Source: an uncultured Candidatus Binatia bacterium (GTDB lineage: Bacteria; Desulfobacterota; Binatia; UBA9968; CAXXLF01). From it: DNA of 64,000 bases. The position numbers and the translations under genes were made by a program. The DNA is taken from positions 3,456,001 through 3,520,000 of the forward strand of contig OZ244621.1 in the NCBI GenBank assembly GCA_965218425.1. The letters run 5' to 3'. The notes beneath the pieces are model-generated. The model was not told the DNA's origin. It saw nothing but the letters and a program-made list of their open reading frames with translations, and did no database searches. Shown here piece after piece: positions 29,592 through 39,025 of this stretch; the stretch's first letter is position 1, and the number at the start of each line of letters is the position of its first letter.

Positions 29592-31172
29592 TCAACTCAG
29601 AGGAACCGCTTGGCCTGCCTTGATCCAGAGATCCTCAAAAACCCAAAGTCCAAACAAAGCTAGACCTGAGGCTGCAATCTGAAATAGTTGAGTTGTGCCG
29701 TCCCGGGATGCAGGCATTAAAAGGAGGATGAGGGGGAGAATGATTCCCGCTCCAATTACCAGTCCCCAGAAGCTCCGGCTCAGGGCGCCTTTCTTCAAGA
29801 GACTCATTGCGCGTCTACTCTCCTCGCTCCGGTGCGGTAGGAACATTTCGGCCAAGATCAATGCAAAGCCGAGGGTTAGAGAAAGGCCAAGGATATTAGA
29901 AAGTAAGCCGGTCACACCGGAGTCCGGCGGCAACAGAAAGGCGAACAGGATGAGAGTGGCCGCCCCAGCAATGGCCGCTTGAATGGTCAGGTGCCAGAAA
30001 AAGAGTCGACTCTGCCAGAGGTCACGTCCTTTGGCCTGCGCAAACAGAAACGCGGAGTAACCGGCAGAGCCAATGGCCAGGATCGCAGTTACCCAAGACA
30101 CAAGCGAAGGAACGGAACCAAACATGAAGGCGAAAACCAGCCAGAGAAAAGCGGTGACTCCATAAAGTAACAGGATGTAACCACCTAGCACGAGCCAGGA
30201 GCCGAGGTTGGGTTTAATCAGAATATAGAAAAACCTTTCGGGCCGCTTTAGGTCGAAGACCAGTAGCAATGCGGTCATGCCAATGAAGACAAGCGCTAAA
30301 ACTGGACTGGCAAAGTGAAGCAGCCCTTCGCCGTTGTAACCAAAGCCCAAAAGAACGGCTGCAACCAGAAGGGTGCCGGCACCGATAGATTTTGTCCATA
30401 GGTAAGAGGCAATCATTCTCCCCCAGAGTTGCGGGTGCGGCACATCGTAAACCTCAACCGCCACGCCCGATGCAATATTGGCATGTTTTTCTTTGAGCAA
30501 TGCGTTTAATTCTTCGCCGGGGTTGGAAGTGAGAGTCTCTCTTGCCACTGCAAAGCGGTCTTTACCTTGCTGTTTATCCCCCCAGAGATAGGTGCTTTGG
30601 GGCTCCATCTTCATCGGCTGCAGCAAGTCTCCGTCGACACCCACATAAAAAAGCTTTGGATTCGTTTCCTTCTCCGGTTTACGTACCTTGACTTCTTGTG
30701 TAGCTACGACTTTGCTGATGTGGCTGGCGGGATCGTCGAGGTCTCCGGATAGTATGGCTTGGGTAGGACAGATGATTTCGCAGGAGGGTTTCAATCCGGC
30801 CTCCACACGGTGCGCACAAAAGTTACATTTCGCAGCCGTTTGGGAGTTGGGTTCGATGTAGAGGGCATCGTAAGGACAGGCTTGCATGCAGGACTTGCAG
30901 CCGATGCAGAGGCGGTTATCAAAATCGACGATGCCGTTGGGGCGGCGAAAAAGGGCGCCGGTAGGGCAGATGCTCATGCATGGGGCATCCTCGCAGTGGT
31001 TACATCTCAGTACGGCAAAGTGACGTTTGGTTTCCGGAAATTCGCCTTTCTCAATATACTTGACCCATGTGCGGTTAACACCTATAGGAACATTATGCTC
31101 TTCCTTGCATGCCACCGTGCAAGCATGACATCCTATACAGCGATTTTGATCGATGACAAAACCGTAACGCAT
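29592..31172 (-). CDS. Fused 4x[4Fe-4S] ferredoxin (NrfC/PsrB-like) and NrfD/PsrC membrane anchor
   Basis: CIGCHAC, CNHC..APC, CIGCKSC, KCNFC motifs followed by a NrfD-type TM domain (DLKRPERF). Confidence 0.93.
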   Translation of the reverse strand: MRYGFVIDQNRCIGCHACTVACKEEHNVPIGVNRTWVKYIEKGEFPETKRHFAVLRCNHCEDAPCMSICPTGALFRRPNGIVDFDNRLCIGCKSCMQACPYDALYIEPNSQTAAKCNFCAHRVEAGLKPSCEIICPTQAILSGDLDDPASHISKVVATQEVKVRKPEKETNPKLFYVGVDGDLLQPMKMEPQSTYLWGDKQQGKDRFAVARETLTSNPGEELNALLKEKHANIASGVAVEVYDVPHPQLWGRMIASYLWTKSIGAGTLLVAAVLLGFGYNGEGLLHFASPVLALVFIGMTALLLVFDLKRPERFFYILIKPNLGSWLVLGGYILLLYGVTAFLWLVFAFMFGSVPSLVSWVTAILAIGSAGYSAFLFAQAKGRDLWQSRLFFWHLTIQAAIAGAATLILFAFLLPPDSGVTGLLSNILGLSLTLGFALILAEMFLPHRSEESRRAMSLLKKGALSRSFWGLVIGAGIILPLILLLMPASRDGTTQLFQIAASGLALFGLWVFEDLWIKAGQAVPLS

Positions 31173-31310
31173 CTTTTGGCGGAAAACCTAGAGAGCAGAA
31201 AAGCAATAATTAACTAATCGAAGTAAGAAAGTTCCAATTTAAGCCTGGAAATACTAAAGAGTTCGAGGATCTATAGAGAAAATTTTGGGGGACGTCAAGA
31301 AGAAAAAAAT

Positions 31311-32591
31311 ATGCTCACAAGACAGGAGAACGATTTACTGACCCGGGTTGGTCCAGGAACCCCTGCGGGAAAACTTCTGCGTCGATACTGGCAACCCATG
31401 GCGCTCTGTGATGAGCTGCCTCAAGGGGGACCGCCGCTTCCCGTAAAAGTTTTAGGCGAGGAGCTCGTCTTGTTTCGCGATGACGAAGGGAGAGTGGGGT
31501 TACTGGGGTTGCACTGCGCTCATCGAGGGGCGGATCTGAGTTATGGGAGAGTAGAAGATGGTGGTTTGAGGTGTATCTACCATGGGTGGCTATATGACGT
31601 ACAAGGTCACTGTCTTGATCAACCCGGGGAGCCCAATGGAGGCGAACATCGCCAGTCTATTTGCCACCTTGCTTACCCCTGCGTAGAGAAGGCCGGTTTA
31701 GTTTTTTCGTACATGGGTCCTGGTGAGCCACCGCTCCTGCCAAACTATGAGGCCCTGACAGCTCCCGAAGACCGTCGGTTTATTCGGAAATACTATCAGG
31801 AATGCAGCTACCTCCAGGCCAATGAAGGGAATATCGACCCGGTTCACCTCTCGTTTCTCCATAGACAGTTTACCGAGAACTCAAACGATAGGAGGCAAGG
31901 ACTCGGTGTGGGGGGAACGGACTCAACGCCAGATAGTCTCTACAAAAACGATATCGCACCGTCCATCGAAGCAGAGGTGACCCGTTTCGGTGTGCGTATT
32001 TTTACCATTCGTAAAGCAGGCGCGGCTCAGACCTTTATCCGGGTATCGAACTTTATCTTACCCAATCTGTGCGCCGTGCCCGGGGAGGCGGGTGCGGACG
32101 GATATAACATGAATTGGCATGTTCCAATAGATGATACTCACCACTGGAAGTACATGCTCACCTTCAGGCGATCGGGCCCATTGGATCTTCAAACCATGCA
32201 TCAACGAAACTCTTCCGTGATAGATTGCGAGTATCGTTTAACTCGCAACCCGCAAAATCGCTACCTGCAAGACAGGAAAGAGATGGATCACCTCACTTAC
32301 AGCGGCATGGGGAGAACCTTTCCCGTGCACGATGCCTATGCCACCGAGAGCCAGGGGCCCATCCAGGACAGGACGCAGGAACATCTCACCTCAACGGACA
32401 AAGCCATCGTGGCGGCCAGAAAGCTTCTTTTAAACGCCATTAAAGAGGTTCAGGCAGGGCGTGAGGCTCCGCATGTGATCCGCAAACCGGCCGCAAACCA
32501 TGGTTCCGATATAGTGGTAGTATCTGAGGTTGTGCCGAACTCGGTCGCCGCAAAGAATCTTTTCCGTGAACGGCAAGCGATGAAGTCTTAG
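31311..32591 (+). CDS. Rieske oxygenase alpha subunit (phthalate 4,5-dioxygenase/LigXa-like)
   Basis: CAH...CIYH; EGNIDPVHLSFLH; HD..ATESQG. Confidence 0.95.
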   Translation: MLTRQENDLLTRVGPGTPAGKLLRRYWQPMALCDELPQGGPPLPVKVLGEELVLFRDDEGRVGLLGLHCAHRGADLSYGRVEDGGLRCIYHGWLYDVQGHCLDQPGEPNGGEHRQSICHLAYPCVEKAGLVFSYMGPGEPPLLPNYEALTAPEDRRFIRKYYQECSYLQANEGNIDPVHLSFLHRQFTENSNDRRQGLGVGGTDSTPDSLYKNDIAPSIEAEVTRFGVRIFTIRKAGAAQTFIRVSNFILPNLCAVPGEAGADGYNMNWHVPIDDTHHWKYMLTFRRSGPLDLQTMHQRNSSVIDCEYRLTRNPQNRYLQDRKEMDHLTYSGMGRTFPVHDAYATESQGPIQDRTQEHLTSTDKAIVAARKLLLNAIKEVQAGREAPHVIRKPAANHGSDIVVVSEVVPNSVAAKNLFRERQAMKS

Positions 32592-32615
32592 AGCTCTGTA
32601 CATTTGTTGGTTACC

Positions 32616-33161
32616 ATGAGCCTTACCTTTTGCACCAGCTGTGGAAGCAAACTAGTTCAACGCAAGTCGAGCACCAGCGAGACGGTTAGGCAGAGCTGTC
32701 TCACCTGTGGGATCACCGTCTACGATACCCCCTACGTTGTGGTAGCAACCTTACCTGTGATTGACGATTGTGTTGTGCTTGTTCGCCGTGCTACCAATCC
32801 GGGTTCCGGCCTGTGGTCCTATCCTGGCGGCTATCTTGAAACGAACGAAACACTCGAAGCTGGAGCTATTCGTGAGACGCGGGAAGAAACGGGGCTGGAA
32901 GTTAAGATCAACGGCCTATTGGGCGTCTACTCTCGCCCTGGAGGGCGTACGGTAACCATAATCTTTGAGGCGATTGCGGAACGCGAGGAGTGGACGGAAA
33001 ATCCTGAGGTGTCGGAGGTAAGGTCCTTCCCTGCAAGCGACATCCCTTGGGATGAACTGGCTTTTTGGACCGCAAGGTATGCTCTGGAAGACTGGGTCTA
33101 TGCCCGCGATCGACAGCTTGCGTTGCCACGGGCGTGGCGGGTGGGTCCACCACGTCGGTAA
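32616..33161 (+). CDS. Nudix hydrolase with an N-terminal zinc ribbon
   Basis: FCTSCG...CLTCG; Nudix box GYLETNETLEAGAIRETREETGL. Confidence 0.93.
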   Translation: MSLTFCTSCGSKLVQRKSSTSETVRQSCLTCGITVYDTPYVVVATLPVIDDCVVLVRRATNPGSGLWSYPGGYLETNETLEAGAIRETREETGLEVKINGLLGVYSRPGGRTVTIIFEAIAEREEWTENPEVSEVRSFPASDIPWDELAFWTARYALEDWVYARDRQLALPRAWRVGPPRR

Positions 33162-33196
33162 GGGACGTTTTCCTTATTCCTTATTAAGGAGAAATC

Positions 33197-34156
33197 ATGG
33201 CAAAGCTACCCATCACCCTTGCAATTGATAAATATGATTACGTGAGGCCATTGATCGATGGGACCATTGAGCCCGAGGGGATCGACCTTCGGGTCACTGA
33301 GGTACCTGCCAGCACAGGGCACGAGCGCTTGATCCGTTATGAGGAGTATGATGCCTGTGAGTTCGCTTTCGGCGGGCATATCGCCGCGGTCTCATGGGGT
33401 CTACTCCAGGGCAGGGCCATCCCGGTCTTTCCCCGAAGAATGTTTGCTCACAAATTTTGGGCCGTACGAGCCGACCGTGGAATCAACTCTCCCGGGGAAT
33501 CTCGAAGGTAAGAAGGTGGGGATCTTAAGCTACGAGAACACTCTCCAGATTCCTGTTCGTTCATCTTTGCAGCATCAGTACGGCCTGGGGAAGGGAGCCA
33601 TCCACTGGATGTGTCAGCACCGGGGACCCATAGGCATCGACCATGTGGACGGTGTGAATCTGGAAATCATTGGGAGGCAGGCCACCCTTGAGAATCTACT
33701 GTTGGCCGGTCAATTGGATGCTATGGTAATACCATTTATTCAAGAATCCATTATGAGTGGGGACTCGCGTGTGCGACCCCTCTTCATTGATTCAAAAAGC
33801 GAAGAGCGACAGTACTTTGAAGCCACGGGCCATTTTCCTATCATGCACGATGTGCTGCTCAAGCAGTCAGTGCTGGAACGGGATCCGTGGGTTGCGCAGA
33901 GTCTTCTTGAAGCGTTCAAGAAACTGCGTCGGCGCCGCCTTGACTGGATCCAACAGCCCTTCAATCTTACCTTCGTTTGGGCCAGAAAGCTCTTTCTTGA
34001 AGAGCGGAAATTTTTTGGCCCCCGCCAGTGGGAGATGGTTTCAATGCCAACCGAAAACAGATTGAACTGATGTGTCGCTACGCGTATGAACAGGGAATGA
34101 CGACTGGTTTAGTTAACCCAAAGGACCTGTTCGTTCCAGCTGTGATGGACAGCTAA
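33197..34156 (+). pseudogene. 4,5-dihydroxyphthalate decarboxylase-like protein with two frameshifts (about 33498 and 34033)
   Basis: IEPEGID, IPVFPRRMF, LEGKKVG, TGHFPIMH, GFNANRKQI, YEQG, DLF motifs spread over three segments; about 319 aa when corrected. Confidence 0.8.
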
Positions 34157-34208
34157 CCGGATGGTGACGACCTTTAACTAGCTGGTCTAATGATATATGG
34201 GAGAGATC

Positions 34209-34430
34209 ATGAACTATGTGAAAATCGATCAGATAGTATGCACAGGTTGTGAGGCCTGTGTCGACTCGTGTCCCACGGATGTTATCAGAATGGAACCTAA
34301 GAGCGGGAAGGCACAAGTTGCCTTCGCAGAGGACTGTCAGGTTTGTTTTTTATGCGAGTTTGACTGTCCCGTGGATGCTATTCTCGTTTCGCCACGAGGG
34401 TGGCCCCAACCAGAGATCTCGCAGGAGTAA
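34209..34430 (+). CDS. 2x[4Fe-4S] ferredoxin (AprB/AsfB-like)
   Basis: CTGCEACVDSCP and CQVCFLCEFDCP. Confidence 0.93.
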   Translation: MNYVKIDQIVCTGCEACVDSCPTDVIRMEPKSGKAQVAFAEDCQVCFLCEFDCPVDAILVSPRGWPQPEISQE

Positions 34431-34434
34431 ATAG

Positions 34435-36165
34435 ATGGAAGTTCCAAATGACGTTCGGTGCGATTTGTTAGTGATCGGAGGAGGAATTGCAGGGGCCTTT
34501 GCAGCCATTAAGGCTCGTGAGCGTGGTGCGGATGTTGTACTTGTCGATAAAGCTTTTTTTGGTCGCGGCGGCTGCAGCGCACTAGCTTCTGGAGTGTACC
34601 ATGCCTACATGCCTGGTGATGATCTAGAGGCTTGGGTTGAGGAAGCATGCAGCACGCCTCTGGTCAACAAGAGACTGGCGGAAAGTGCAGTTGTTAGAAC
34701 TTACGATTGTCTGATGGAGATGGACCGGTGGGGGGTTAAGTGGATAAAAGAGGGAGGAAGGATTGTCAGAGAATTCAGCGGTGGTGGTGGCTTGCCGTTC
34801 AAGACCAACGCGATGATGGCCGAAGGGGGACCTCAGATGATGATGGCCCTTCGGGCCCAGGCACTCAGGTTGGGAGTGAAAATCGTCAGTCGAGTGATGG
34901 TGACCGATTTGCTCACCGGCGACGGTGCTCAACCAACCCAAGGAGGAGTGGTCGGAGCGGTCGGCTTCGAGACCCGAACGGCCGAGCCCCGGGTGTTTAA
35001 GGCCACTGCCACCGTGATGACTACCGGACCATACCGGTTTCCTTATCCTCCCTTTGGAGGGGGATTTGTGGGCATGCCAGTCGATGCATCTGCGGACGGG
35101 ATTGCCATGATGTTGCGTGTCGGTGCAATTCTGGGAAAGTTCGAGATTGGGGGAGGGAGTCCCCATCCCCATGAGTTTCAGTGCGCACCCGGCTTAGAGA
35201 TGCTGGGTGGTGTGGGTGGTAGGTTTGTGAATGCCCAAGGAGAGAATATTTTTTCGAGCACGTCCAACCGGAGTTCTACCTCTGGTAACGCACTCACTCA
35301 GACCCGTAGATCGGCCTTGGGTCATGCCATTCTCAGGGAGACCAGGGCGGGTCGAAACGTTTTTTTGGATTGCACTCATTTTTTACCCGAGCAACACCGT
35401 TTGGTCAAGCAAGTGGTTCCCATCGTCATCCATACCTTTGAGCGGGCCGGCTACGATCTCAGCAAAGACAAGGTTCCCTACTCATCGGCCCTAGCTCTTA
35501 TCCATGGAGGGTCCGGCAGCGGGGCGCGAATCAACGGAAAGGGCGAGACCTCTATCCCAGGGCTCTATGCCGCGGGGATTTGCTCCGATGGGAGTTACAT
35601 TCGGATGAGTCAATCATTGCCCGAAGCTTCCGTTTTGGGAGCATGGGCGGGAGAGAACGCTGCCGAGTATGTGAAAGGGTGTGGTAAGAGTGAGGAGGAT
35701 ATGGACCAGGTTGGAGGGTTAATAGAGAAAACCCTTGCCCCACTGAGCGTCGGCCAGGGAGTGTCTTTCAAACAGATCCATACAAAAATCGAAAGGCTTG
35801 TAACTGAGGTGATCGATCACGTTCTTCATGGAAAAAGATTGGAGCAAGCAGTGGAGGTTGTAGAGGATCTCAAATCGAAAGAGATAAACCGTCTCGTCGC
35901 TAGCAATCCGCACGAACTAGCCAAAGTCCATGCCCTCAAGAATTTCATTGAATGCTTTGAGCAGAGCTTGAGGGTCTTGCTGCGAAGGACCGAAAGTCGG
36001 GGAAACGTCCTGCGTGAGGATTATCCAGTAATCGACAACTCCCGGTGGGCCCAATTTACGGTGCTTAGGAAAGAAGCGCAGGGAGTGAGGATTTGGGAAG
36101 AACCCATACCGGAGGATCGTCCCCAGGTCGAAAAGGTGAAGATCCCTCACCCGTTTTTTAGATAG
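34435..36165 (+). CDS. FAD-dependent oxidoreductase, SdhA/FrdA/AprA superfamily (AsfA-like)
   Basis: IGGGIAG, GRGGCSA, GLYAAG, RTESRG..REDYP; directly follows the ferredoxin. Confidence 0.88.
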   Translation: MEVPNDVRCDLLVIGGGIAGAFAAIKARERGADVVLVDKAFFGRGGCSALASGVYHAYMPGDDLEAWVEEACSTPLVNKRLAESAVVRTYDCLMEMDRWGVKWIKEGGRIVREFSGGGGLPFKTNAMMAEGGPQMMMALRAQALRLGVKIVSRVMVTDLLTGDGAQPTQGGVVGAVGFETRTAEPRVFKATATVMTTGPYRFPYPPFGGGFVGMPVDASADGIAMMLRVGAILGKFEIGGGSPHPHEFQCAPGLEMLGGVGGRFVNAQGENIFSSTSNRSSTSGNALTQTRRSALGHAILRETRAGRNVFLDCTHFLPEQHRLVKQVVPIVIHTFERAGYDLSKDKVPYSSALALIHGGSGSGARINGKGETSIPGLYAAGICSDGSYIRMSQSLPEASVLGAWAGENAAEYVKGCGKSEEDMDQVGGLIEKTLAPLSVGQGVSFKQIHTKIERLVTEVIDHVLHGKRLEQAVEVVEDLKSKEINRLVASNPHELAKVHALKNFIECFEQSLRVLLRRTESRGNVLREDYPVIDNSRWAQFTVLRKEAQGVRIWEEPIPEDRPQVEKVKIPHPFFR

Positions 36166-36227
36166 CTCGGTTCAAACGCTGTGAGCACAGTACAGTTGAA
36201 AAGAGAAATATAGTTGGGGGTTATCAT

Positions 36228-37349
36228 ATGCCACTATTCTTTCATTCGGATGAGGTGGATGAACACCTGTCGCTCAAGGAGGCGGTTGGGGTTACGGAGG
36301 GGGCCCTCGGAGATTTAGGCCGAGGAAGGGACATCGACGCAACGAACGCGCCGCGCAAGCGGCTTCATATTCATCGGGTCTCGGGTGAACGACCCTTTGA
36401 TACGGTATTGAACGTCTATGCAGGAGGCGCATCGGCTTACGGTGCCATCGGGGCACAGGTGGCCTTGCACCGCAAGGCAATCCAGGGAAAGGTCCAGCGC
36501 AGTCCCTCATACAACCCTGAGCAGACCGAGCTGGCCTTGATCTACGATGTAGATACGGGTTCTCTATTGGGCGTCATGGCGCACCGTCCGAGGCATGTGG
36601 AGGGAACCGCCGATCTCCGCACGCCGGCTACCAGCCTTGCCGGCCTTGACCGGTTCGCCCGTCGCTACGCAAGGAGGGTCGGAATATACGGCTCAGGTTC
36701 TCAGGCATGTTCCACGTTCATGGGTCTGACGAAGCTGAGAGAGATCGAGAGCGCGAAAATTTATAGCCCCACCCGAGCGCACAGAGAGGCCTTCGCCAAG
36801 AAGGTCAGCGAGCTCACTAACGTGCGAATTGAACCCATGGACGATCCAAAAAAAGTGGCCCAGGATGTAGAAATCATCCTGTGCATGACCAACACAATTG
36901 TGCCGGTGATTGAGGGTTCCTGGCTCGAGGAAGGACAGTATATTATCTCAGTTGTGGGCAGCAATATCGAGCTGGTGAAAAGCGGAAATTTGGATTCTCC
37001 CCGCAGAGAGATTGATGACGAGACCCTGCGCAGATGTAGCTTTGTTGTTGCGCTCTCCAAGGAGTAGGCCATCGACTCCCAGCAGGGGGACATCTATTGG
37101 CCGGTACAAGACGGGGTGATGACATGGGATAAGGTGGTGGAGATCGCCGACGTGTTATCCGGGAAAGCTCCGGGGAGAACTGACGACCGGCAGATTATTC
37201 TTTACAAAAACCAGGGGGGACAGGGAGTCATCGACATTGCTCTGGCGAAAAGATGTTACGAGCTCGCCCGCCAATTCGGTAAGGGGCGCGAGCTCGATAT
37301 TGAGCCAAGGCCACCTCGTGAAGGCTCCGGGTGGCGCAACCTCTACTGA
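36228..37349 (+). pseudogene. OCD/mu-crystallin family gene interrupted by an in-frame TAG (37065-37067)
   Basis: GIYGSGSQA, IYSPT, WLEEG. Reading continues in frame as AIDSQQGDIY...PGRTDDRQIILYKNQGGQG; 373 codons in total. Confidence 0.85.
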
Positions 37350-37471
37350 ACGGTCAGGCCTCAGAAGGAGCAGTGTTAAAAGTTGACTAAGCACCGCCCC
37401 AATGGGAAAAACGGTGCTGGGAATTCTACCAAGGTACAATAAATTTCTTCGCCATCGTTTTGGTAACGATC

Positions 37472-38539
37472 ATGGTCGATTTGTTATCCAAAGTTGCCTA
37501 TCAAGAGAAAAACTTTTATCAGGCCTGGCAGGAAACAGAGGGCCTCCCGCTATACTCGGGATACTTCGTCGAGGATCTATGCGGTGTGGTGCTGAGAGAA
37601 TGGCCGCGCCTGGGTGCCCACGGGGCTTTTATCAATCTTGAAGGCGCCGGTTCCTCCTGCGATGCCTATTTATTGGAGATTGAACCGGGCCAATCGAGTG
37701 AGCCGGAGAGACATCTCTACGAAGAGGTGGTGCTGATCCTTAAAGGGTGCGGGGGAACTCAGGTGTGGAACGAGCGCGGCGCCCGTCATTTCTTTGAATG
37801 GCAGGAGGGTAGCCTCTTTTCTCTGCCGTTGAACAGCTCGCATCAACACTTTGCTCACGGTAATGAGCCAGTGCGTTATCTCGCCATCACTAATCTACCG
37901 CAGGTGCTGAATCAATTCCGCAATCTGGATTTCATTTTTAACAACCCTTTCGACTTCCATGATCGTTATTCATCCGATCCGCAATACTTCAGTGCCTTAC
38001 GGGAGCGGCCCGGTAGGATCTGTGAGACGAATTTAGTGGCAGACGTGCACAGTTTTCCCCTGAAGAACTGGAAGGAACGAGGGGCAAATAGCACGAACAT
38101 CCGCTTTGAGTTGGCGGAGAATACCTTGAGTGCCCATGTCTCGGAGTTCCCCGTTGGCACCTACAAGAAGGCACACCGACATGGACCGGGAGCCCATGTG
38201 GTGATCTTGAGTGGTGAGGGCTATTCCCTGCTTTGGCCGGAGCAGCAAGAGAAGGAAAGGATTCATTGGCAAAAGGGCAGCCTGTTTGTCCCACCCGAGC
38301 GTTGGTTCCACCAACACTTCAATACGGGTCGGGAGCCCTCACGCTATATTGCGCTCAAACCCTGGGGCTTTAAGTATCTGGTGGAAGAGCGATTCAAAAC
38401 CGATGAGGATGTGAAAAGTGGTGGAGACCAGATCGAGTATGATGACCAGGAGCCGGAGATCCATAGGCTTTTTCTCGAGGAGTGTCGGAAACGCAAGGTG
38501 GAGGTCAGGATGAGTCCCTTTGGATTAAGCGATGAATAG
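37472..38539 (+). CDS. Bicupin protein (gentisate dioxygenase-related)
   Basis: RHLYEE, HQHF, YKKAHRHGPGAH, WFHQHFN. Confidence 0.88.
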   Translation: MVDLLSKVAYQEKNFYQAWQETEGLPLYSGYFVEDLCGVVLREWPRLGAHGAFINLEGAGSSCDAYLLEIEPGQSSEPERHLYEEVVLILKGCGGTQVWNERGARHFFEWQEGSLFSLPLNSSHQHFAHGNEPVRYLAITNLPQVLNQFRNLDFIFNNPFDFHDRYSSDPQYFSALRERPGRICETNLVADVHSFPLKNWKERGANSTNIRFELAENTLSAHVSEFPVGTYKKAHRHGPGAHVVILSGEGYSLLWPEQQEKERIHWQKGSLFVPPERWFHQHFNTGREPSRYIALKPWGFKYLVEERFKTDEDVKSGGDQIEYDDQEPEIHRLFLEECRKRKVEVRMSPFGLSDE

Positions 38540-38641
38540 GGAAGAAAGAGAGCTCTACTGTAAGCAGATGTCGTTTCGCCATTGAATGTAACCCGTCTAC
38601 GGCGCGGGACAGGGAGATCAGTACGGGAGGAGAGTCAATCA

Positions 38642-38902
38642 GTGCAACGAGCGGATTTTCGTCACTTTTACCGTGATGCCCATAGCGTCACCTGTTTGTC
38701 AGAGCGTGAGAAGATGCTTCTTGGACTTGCCGTTGCCATGACGCGCAACTGCGAGCCTTGAGTAGAACGACGCCTTGCGGACGCAAGGAAAGCAGGAATG
38801 ACGGAGGATGAGTTAGATGCGGCGGTGGACGTGGTGGCGGCGGTCAATGCCGGAATCATGGAGTCTTTGAACCAGAGGATCAAGCAAAAAAACGCAAAGT
38901 AG
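38642..38902 (+). CDS. Selenoprotein, AhpD/carboxymuconolactone decarboxylase (CMD) family, 86 aa, CxxU with Sec at codon 40 (TGA 38759-38761); absent from the ORF track
   Basis: GGAGG RBS, GTG start. Translation MQRADFRHFYRDAHSVTCLSEREKMLLGLAVAMTRNCEP-U-VERRLADARKAGMTEDELDAAVDVVAAVNAG... keeps CMD homology on both sides of the TGA. SECIS-like hairpin follows. Confidence 0.9.
38773..38788 (+). promoter_or_regulatory. Bacterial SECIS-like hairpin for the AhpD-like gene
   Basis: CCTTGC-GGAC-GCAAGG begins 11 nt after UGA; apical G at +18. Confidence 0.8.
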
Positions 38903-38905
38903 ACC

Positions 38906-39010
38906 GAGGATGGAGGATTGAAGATTCGGGATTGAGGATTGTGGATAAAGAGATGATGAGTGAGGAAAGAAGATAGGGGATTGAGGAGCAATACTAGAGA
39001 ATAGAGAATT
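38906..39010 (+). repeat. Degenerate 7-nt tandem repeat tract, about 15 units, consensus GAGGATT
   Basis: GAGGATG GAGGATT GAAGATT CGGGATT GAGGATT GTGGATA ... GAGAATA GAGAATT in unbroken register. Confidence 0.8.
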
Positions 39011-39025
39011 AAGATCGGGGGCGAG

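Noticed and set aside
34209..36165. True APS reductase AprAB or succinate dehydrogenase
   Set aside because: The ferredoxin lacks the long AprB C-terminal tail, and there are no sat/qmo or sdhBCD neighbours; only superfamily-level similarity
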